Part shown: positions 58,301 through 64,000 of the stretch, piece by piece | Numbering within the stretch: the first letter of the stretch is position 1 | Layout of the letters: every line of letters starts with the position of its first letter | Assembly: GCF_002113885.1 (NCBI RefSeq) | Contig: NW_018405252.1 | Location: forward strand, 302,001-366,000 | Length of the DNA: 64,000 nt | Source: Mizuhopecten yessoensis | Taxonomy: Eukaryota | Direction: 5' to 3' | Program-made: the position numbers and the translations under genes | The notes under the pieces: model-generated | What the model saw: only the letters and a program-made list of their open reading frames with translations | Told to the model about the DNA's origin: nothing | The model's database searches: none

Positions 58301-60647
58301 TCTAACAGCTGACAAAGGAAGTCAACCTTTCAAATAGTCAGTATAACAACTCTAACAGCTGACAAAGGATGTCAACCTTTCAAATAGTCAGTATAACAAC
58401 TCTAACAGCTGACAAAGGAAGTCAACCTTTCAAATAGCCAGTATAACAACTCTAACAGCTGACAAAGGATGTCAACCTTTCAAATAGTCAGTATAACAAC
58501 TCTAACTGCTGACAAAGGATGTCAACCTTTCAAATAGCCAGTATAACAACTCTAACTGCTGACAAGGAAGTCAACCTTTCAAAAGCTTGAATAATTAGTT
58601 TTCAATTACAGTTTGTGTTCAAAATAAACTTGAAGTTGATACATGGTTAAATTTGCTAAGTGGTAAAAGACAAAATAAATGTATTTAAATTGCATGAAAT
58701 TAAAATTTGAATCTTTGTTGCTGCTAGTTACTTTCAGAAATTACATTTACACGGTAGTTTTAAAATATGTTCAGTCAATGTTTTAATTTCCAAGTTTTTT
58801 AGGTTTCATTCTTAGTTTGTAAGTATATTATATAAGTTTTTTGTAATAATTGATTTACTCGACACTTTCTTGTTTTTGCCCTTTTCTTGTTATTATTGTG
58901 TAAACTCCGACAAAGTTTGGGTGACCTATTGTTATTGTTCTGTTTCTTTGTTTTGAAGTCACGCTTGAGTAATTTTGCTCCAAGTTTTTGTCCATGGCTA
59001 ATCTCAGAACGTACCAGTCAGATCCCAGTAAATCTTCTCACTGGTATAGGTGGGCATGTGTAGATGTACAGTCAACTGTTTCTTTCACTGTCCAAGATGG
59101 CTGCCACAGCCTCGGCAGAGACATATAGGGCTAAATTGTTTGTTCCATTTGATGGTATTTAATGAAACTTTGCGATAGGTATGTGTTCACAATTATCTCT
59201 AAGTGCGGGTTACAAAGTTGTCATTTAAACAGGCTTATTGTCATAATGTAACACAAATTGGTATACATGTTCATTCATGGGTGCTTCTTCCATAGTTGGT
59301 CTTCTTTTTTTTATCAACCAACAAACTGGCTGCCCTGCCACTAATTGGTAAAAATTGAGATATTTTCTGATTTCACTAAAATTTGGTATGTAGGTGTAGA
59401 AATGGTGCTGGGAACGCTACTGCAGTTTCTGTTTTCTGATTGGACAAAATGGCCACCATTTCCTGGCATATAATTGGTCAAAATTTAGGTATTTTCTGAA
59501 TTCACTCAAATTTGCTTTCTAGGTGTATGATGGTACTGTGAATACTACTGCAACTTCCTTTAGCATCAATTCTGACTGCAGGGGTAGTTTAAGGGGACTT
59601 TTGTAATGGCCACCATTACAATCAGTACTTGTTTCACTTTGTTTTCCTTAGTTTCAGTATTTGTATACCCAGGTCCCTTCTTCATGCTTGAGCAATGAAA
59701 TTTACAAATATTTAATCAGAAGTTTTTGTGATCAAATAAATACAACACCAGCAAATACATATGTATTGCCTTTTATTCATTTATCCTACCTGGTAGTTAA
59801 AATGCCCATGGACAGAGACAGGAGTTCACGTCCAAAACTTACCACAACGTTTTAAGACAGGAGCCTAGGGGGCTAGCTCTACACACAAATACAAATCGCT
59901 CACTCAGTCATAACTTGACAAAGGGACCAGTCGGTCTTGAAATGTTGCAACACGTTTAATATGTACATTGTGTAGAAAGTATTACTTTGTATCACATATT
60001 TCCAAACTGATGAATTTTATTGAAGATACTTATCACAATAGCTTCCTAATGATCTGTTATATAAAATCAGCTGTTCATCTGTTATATCAAATCAGCTGTT
60101 CATCTGTTATATCAAATCAGCTGTTCATATGTTATATCAAATCAGCTGTTCATCTGTTTATATCAAATCAGCAATTCGGCCTTCTGATAGTACAGCATGC
60201 TATGTCATCAGCACACTTATATTGAAATACCAAATCTGTATTTTGAAGGAGACGTGTTTATACCAGATCTTTGTTTATTGTAGGAAATCAACTTCGACCA
60301 CTTCAGTCGAGTCACCACGTAAATCAGAAAGAAGAAGTAAGTGTAGATAGAAACTGTCTTTTCTTCCAATTTTAAAAACTTCTCTTTTGTTATCATTTGA
60401 TAGCTGCAAAAAAATAATCAAATGGGACATCTTTGCTGTATATGTATATTAAATTTGAAACATAGTTATTTCTAACTCTACAAGAAATAAGTCTTCGAGT
60501 TCTACATATATAGCAAAAATAATTAATGGATAATTAATTTTAAATATAAGCTTTCTCTTTGGGTGTTAAATTTCATACCATTTATAGAATGTGGTAATTG
60601 TTTTATAATTTCTAATTGTAGGGTATTCGTTAAGAGGGAAAGACTAG
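34293..60647 (+). CDS. Uncharacterised ~1600-aa nuclear/nucleolar-type protein, 25 exons: predicted folded N-terminus, repeated Lys-rich and LFFLDT mini-exons, acidic and S/T-P repeat tail
   Basis: Phase-consistent model: 34293-34353, 35461-35590, 36374-36494, 38137-38289 (5' edge uncertain), 38591-38688, 39278-39364, 40118-40190, 40536-40624, 40863-41009, 42490-42622 (GC donor), 42748-42915, 43719-43817, 44788-44853, 45131-45196, 45968-46048, 46317-46397, 48438-48554, 48854-48925, 49723-49803, 50069-50143, 50799-50897, 52537-55146, 55537-55562, 60284-60336, 60622-60647; starts METAKPTKFIRLLAKRL, ends RRRYSLRGKD*. Confidence 0.85.
35200..35400 (+). mobile_element. V-domain SINE
   Basis: tggtgcagtgg box A; gggttttctctgggtactccggtttcctcccac V-domain; ttgttgtaaaataaa tail. 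Confidence 0.8.
36627..37183 (-). mobile_element. Degraded reverse copy of the 19620-20958 HINE-like family
   Basis: tagcccac..gtgggct hairpin, gccatcttggattttgacag core, ggatctcttgtt end. Confidence 0.7.
37460..37780 (-). mobile_element. CR1/L2-type LINE ORF2 C-terminal fragment (frameshifted)
   Basis: Minus strand reads LFKALVRPHLEYGACVWKPHKQQDIEQLE..RATKL..YEERLRCL. Confidence 0.85.
43161..43330. repeat. 20-bp minisatellite, ~8 copies
   Basis: ggtaacctgtacactaatct. Confidence 0.88.
43719..43817 (+). CDS. Gene 2 Lys-rich mini-exon (type A1)
   Basis: TLTNGNEETEDQVSKKKKKATKKNKKTDEESKE, phase 0/0. Confidence 0.85.
43855..44044. mobile_element. ~190-bp foldback MITE
   Basis: tattccgtcttt..ggtattgattgtta / taacaatcaatacc..aaagacggaata. 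Confidence 0.75.
44129..44311 (+). mobile_element. TA-flanked MITE (unexpanded relative of 18130-19278)
   Basis: tactgtata..tatacagta; single tgaagggtgaatacaatattgggcgaaaatagattttacagt unit. Confidence 0.8.
44788..44853 (+). CDS. Gene 2 LFFLD mini-exon (type B1)
   Basis: MAEEDGTPDSELFFLDTGGNNE; tttatag/gtaagg. Confidence 0.85.
45131..45196 (+). CDS. Gene 2 LFFLD mini-exon (type B2)
   Basis: MTEQENLSDSELFFLDTGRSKK; tttgtag/gtaagg. Confidence 0.85.
45634..45860 (+). mobile_element. V-domain SINE
   Basis: cagtggatagcac..gcctttcaccaag..ctgcccgacc..gggttttct..ggtttcctcccaca; colinear with the 35200 copy. Confidence 0.75.
45968..46048 (+). CDS. Gene 2 Lys-rich mini-exon (A2)
   Basis: DRDTKMENQVLQKKVKASKTKKKEPKE; acceptor ttaag. 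Confidence 0.75.
46317..46397 (+). CDS. Gene 2 Lys-rich mini-exon (A3)
   Basis: APATETEDQVVKKKKKKAKKEKKELKE. Confidence 0.82.
46512..46850 (+). mobile_element. tRNA-derived SINE with Meta/CORE-like and Deu-like blocks
   Basis: Box A tagtctagtgg, box B ggttcgagtc, cttggacaagatactttac, gcgccgaaatggcagc..gtatgctcccc, cgctttgag..gcggtatataa tail. Confidence 0.75.
46810..47680. repeat. 58-bp tandem array x15 seeded by the SINE tail
   Basis: ttgtgataaagcggtatataagaacc(a/t)ccaattatacattaatacctg... Confidence 0.95.
47846..48390. repeat. 42-bp near-perfect minisatellite x13
   Basis: agctaaatagtgtcactagaactgtcattaccttcacttcac. Confidence 0.96.
48438..48554 (+). CDS. Gene 2 Lys-rich mini-exon (A4, internal 21-nt repeat)
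   Basis: DQVTKTEDQDTKTEDPVSKTEDPVSKKKKKKKKQKESKE. Confidence 0.85.
48854..48925 (+). CDS. Gene 2 LFFLD mini-exon (B3)
   Basis: AIELEERQDSQLFFLDTVGGKQKQ. Confidence 0.82.
49723..49803 (+). CDS. Gene 2 Lys-rich mini-exon (A5)
   Basis: DQDTKPEGQVPKKKDKSAKKKKKESKE. Confidence 0.85.
50069..50143 (+). CDS. Gene 2 VFFID mini-exon (B4)
   Basis: ATNIADENQETEVFFIDTGGSWHKQ. Confidence 0.82.
50540..50622 (+). mobile_element. 83-bp TTAA-type MITE, copy 3
   Basis: TTAA flanks, perfect TIR ctcattcacccctgaa/ttcaggggtgaatgag. Confidence 0.85.
51181..51893. mobile_element. Probable non-autonomous DNA transposon
   Basis: ctactcc/ggagtag termini with imperfect extended IR, 8-bp TSD gtggtatt/atggtatt, CpG-rich body. 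Confidence 0.5.
52226..52352. repeat. 42-bp repeat x3
   Basis: ataaatacttcacctaaggatcaatctaatgctaa. Confidence 0.85.
52537..55146 (+). CDS. Gene 2 large exon (870 codons): acidic tract, 14-aa NTPRNRSPEKQSSV repeats, basic Ser-rich tail
   Basis: 926-aa ORF trimmed to ttcag acceptor and gtaagg donor. Confidence 0.92.
55647..58631. mobile_element. Foldback MITE whose centre is expanded into a 2.85-kb satellite
   Basis: aagtttattttgaacacaaac..gaaaact at 55647 is the inverse of agttttc..gtttgtgttcaaaataaactt ending at 58631. Confidence 0.8.
55731..58583. repeat. 50-bp satellite, ~57 monomers, organised as a perfect 100-bp dimer
   Basis: caaatagtcagtataacaactctaacagctgacaaagga(T/A)gtcaaccttt with strict T/A alternation. 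Confidence 0.97.
58895..59633 (-). mobile_element. Degraded HINE-like element
   Basis: caagatggctgcc and aatttggtatgtagg core motifs, tacttgtt end. Confidence 0.45.
60052..60172. repeat. 25-bp minisatellite, ~5 copies
   Basis: tctgttatatcaaatcagctgttca. Confidence 0.88.
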
Positions 60648-60825
60648 GTTGTGGAGGACTCTCTCTGTGGCAGCTGACCTCCCGTGTCATGAAGATCAAT
60701 GACAGGTTTTAATGAACCAACCATTCAGATTTTCATGGAATATCAGCAATCTTCTTTCCAACACTTATTGGTTGTGTGGAAACTCTTCATAATATTCTGT
60801 CTTGAATTTATTATTTTCCAAGCAT

Positions 60826-61155
60826 TTTTAGCTCATCTGGCCCAAGTGTAAGGTAGCTTATGTCGTGGTGTGGCATCAATAACCATGGATCCACTTTTCC
60901 TTAAAAAGCTACTTATAACAGCTTAAAGGGTCTTAACCAAATTTAATCTGGAGCATTGTTGGGCCAAAGGGATGCAACAAGTTTAAGCTATGGCTGATGG
61001 AGAGGCCCAGTTCAGTAGGAGTACACACTAGGACTCATTGACTCAAAAGTTTTGTCTGGTCTCAATTCATATTTGTTGTACTCTTTTGAAATACGTTACC
61101 ATGCTTCATATATTTTGAAACAAAAACAATTGAGCTATTAACGCCCATGGGCCTA
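60826..61155 (-). mobile_element. Degraded reverse copy of the 9552-10472 HINE-like family in the gene 2 3'UTR
   Basis: tttagctcatctggccc ... tgagc..gcccatgggcct. Confidence 0.5.
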
Positions 61156-62277
61156 TTTATATTTTCTCCTTCATAAAGTAGATTATACATATTTTCTGTA
61201 AGTATAAACCTACAAAGAATTTTGCTTCAGTATAAAGATAACTCCTCCACTCTTAGGATATTAATCACAAAGGGAGGTAAATCTTACTTCTTACTTGAAG
61301 ATAAATCCTATCAAAGCTATTTGATAAAGGCTGGGACAACTCGCTGTCATATGTTAATGAATGCAAAGGTCCCATAGAAATACATAATCTAGTGGCAGAA
61401 ATTAGGATAACCTCTAAATGATTCCTACATGTTATAAATAATTGAATTCCTAGCCTAAATCGTGATGCATGCATAATACATGTATATTGTCACTGATGTG
61501 TGGGAATAGGAGTTATAATATAAGTATCCTGTTAGCAAGTTCATGCCATGTTTATTTGTATACAATCGAAAAGTTGATGTTTACGCTGAATTTATCATTT
61601 TGGTTTTAAAAAAGGGGGACATGAAGTATTTGCCTTTTCTGTTGTTATAGCAAATAACAGTATCTTGATACAACTTGGCGTTTATCTTCATTGCTCACAT
61701 ACTAGAAGCTCAATAATTATTAAAAATCAAATGTGGAAACGTATGTAAGAGTATTACCCCAATTCAAATGTAGGTCACTGTGACCTTTATTTTCTGCTTC
61801 ACTGGCTTTGTACAGATTTTGTATTTAGCTTCATTTCAATCAGAGCAGGGACATATTTGTATTTTTTACAAACAATTGCTAGTATTTTTATTATTTCTTT
61901 TTTTATTTTATTACCATTGTTAAAGTGAATATTTTTCAGCTGTTCTTGTCAAAGAAAACAATCCTTAAAGGGGATTAGTGTCGCTGCTGGGTGATCAGTT
62001 GTTATAGTCAGCTATGTGGGGAGTGTTAAGCAATACATTGAATAGGAATTTGGTGCTCACTGTGAAATACAATAAGATTTGGGGGTTTTATCCTTGTTAA
62101 TTTTACCAAAAGAAAGTCTTCAAAATCTGTTCATTTTCATGTAACTGTGACTGTTCTTTGAAAATAGTTGTGTGTCCATATATAAAATATGATTGACTTC
62201 TCACCCACAAAAGATTTACTGTATGATTCGTTGACGTTGCTTATGATTGAATAATTATTAAACATTGTTTATCATTA

Positions 62278-62283
62278 AATAAA
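62278..62283 (+). terminator. Candidate poly(A) signal of gene 2
   Basis: AATAAA followed ~30 nt later by tgtgttttatttgt; ~1.6 kb after the stop codon. Confidence 0.4.
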
Positions 62284-63249
62284 TATCAAATTTTGACCAT
62301 AGAAAACGCCTGTGTTTTATTTGTAACAGTCTCGCTAGTGTGATTCACCTGTTTATAAACAGTACAAAAGACATTTTTATTTGATCACATTTTAACCAAA
62401 CTTGGCCAGAAGCATTACTAGGTCAAGGGACCTTTATTTTGTATTTAGGAAAGCCAGCATTATATCCGGGTACACATTCCATTGGTCATGAATCAGAAAG
62501 AGTTAAGATCCCAACCCCATAACTGTATATGCAGTTGCATTTTTGTTGGGCATAAAGAAATGACCATATTCATGCTTCCAATAGTGGCCCTGGGGTTTAG
62601 TACCCAAGACCCAATATGGAAACGGATCAATCGCTGCCCTATAACCAGACATACGCTAAGCATACGGGTATGAACACGCTCCTTCAACCAAGACTGTTCT
62701 CTAGGTACAAACTCCCTGATTCATAACATGGACATATTTGACATTCACACTCCATAACCGTATATGCTAGGCATGGAGACAGGAATGCATTGATGTTACC
62801 GCGATTAACTTTGGGGTCTGGCAACACCTGACATTAATAGGTCAAAATGGAATTAGTTGAGATCCCCATTTCCCATCCAATAATAAACGTTAAGAAATAT
62901 TTGGCAAGGGGTTATACCCTGTTCCTGGGGATTGAGTACTGGGACGTAACTCAGAAATTGTTGAGATCCTCGCCCTACTGCTTTATAAGCAATTGCTGCA
63001 CGTAAAGAGACAAAATCACTACCATGATTGCCTGCTGCTGACCGTCGGGCAGGTGACGCATTGCCTTTTCACGTCCGATTGGAGAGTCGCTTCCACAGCT
63101 GAAACAAAGAACATATTGTGAGCATCAGGCATATCATATATTCTGAAACCTACTGTATATTTCACAAAGTGTCCAAATGTCGGACTTCCCATAATTGACA
63201 TGTACATTAAATATATTATAGAAATCGATTAATATATTAGTATTATCAA

Positions 63250-64000
63250 ATTCCTCCTGCGAGGGACGGAGTTTTAAAAAAACAACTTGTTTTTCTCGTT
63301 CTTGATTCTGTCAGCAAGAGAAACGTTAACGGCGTAGTAACGACGTCACACTCCACATGTCATTGTAGTTGAAAACCATTATATTTCCAACGGTTCATTG
63401 TTCAATTGTGTTTCTACCTAAAAACGTCACACTCCACGTGTCATTGTAGTTTAAAACCATTAACAAGTTATAAAAAAATCCTATATCGAGACACACCCGA
63501 TAACCCGGAAGTCATATTTGTTAGCTTACGATAATTACCTACGGGTATATCTAATGCGTCTTCAATGTTTACCTGTCACTACGCCAGGGTCTATCTATAG
63601 ATCAACACGACTCCTAAATAACATCGAACGCTGTTCCTTCTTACTTTAAAGTAAAATAAGGAAGCCTTATACGATTTAAAGAGTTAGCGATTACTTAGGC
63701 GTTTGAACTACAAAATAACAATTAAAGTTTAGATTGCATCTCAAACAGACCACTTGATTATAACCCGATAGCCGAGTATGCCTAGAGAAAGCATTGCAGC
63801 GTTGCATTACGTTAAATAAAGGGAAACGTGTATAATGCAGCGCTAACAAACTATGACAAACTGAGTATCGAAGACCACAGCAGAACCCAGTAGAACGAAA
63901 ATGAAGGGCGCCTTAACCCCCAGAGTTAACCACAAGGATTAACGCAATGGCACTAAATCAAAAGGAAAGACAACATATACAAACTGGACATACATTCAAG
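63250..64000. promoter_or_regulatory. CpG-enriched, promoter-like region (probably of the next gene)
   Basis: Raised CpG density, ETS-like ccggaagt near 63505, duplicated acgtcacactccac block near 63343 and 63423. Confidence 0.3.

Overview
AT-rich, intron-rich animal genomic DNA; the repeat repertoire (V/Meta/Deu-type SINEs, pearl/HINE-like elements) suggests a bivalve mollusc, which is an inference. Two complete genes sit head-to-head around a compact bidirectional promoter, with their ATGs 500 bp apart. (1) On the minus strand is a 16-exon Set1/SETD1 histone H3K4 methyltransferase (33793 to 16601, about 1713 aa by my splice model) with RRM, HCF-binding, WIN, N-SET, SET and post-SET elements and probably a ~4 kb 3'UTR. 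(2) On the plus strand is an unrecognised 25-exon gene (34293 to 60647, about 1600 aa) that the ORF track mostly misses. It has a ~420-aa predicted folded N-terminus, then a cassette of nine duplicated phase-0 mini-exons, then an acidic and S/T-P repeat-rich disordered tail. The cassette mixes Lys-rich exons with four exons that each carry (L/V)FF(L/I)DT followed by Gly, resembling the MTR4 arch-interacting motif. This cassette is the best candidate for an undescribed system. The first ~8 kb looks like the long 3'UTR of an upstream gene. Introns and UTRs are full of MITEs, SINEs, HINE-like elements and minisatellites, and three arrays can be seen arising inside or at the tail of transposons.
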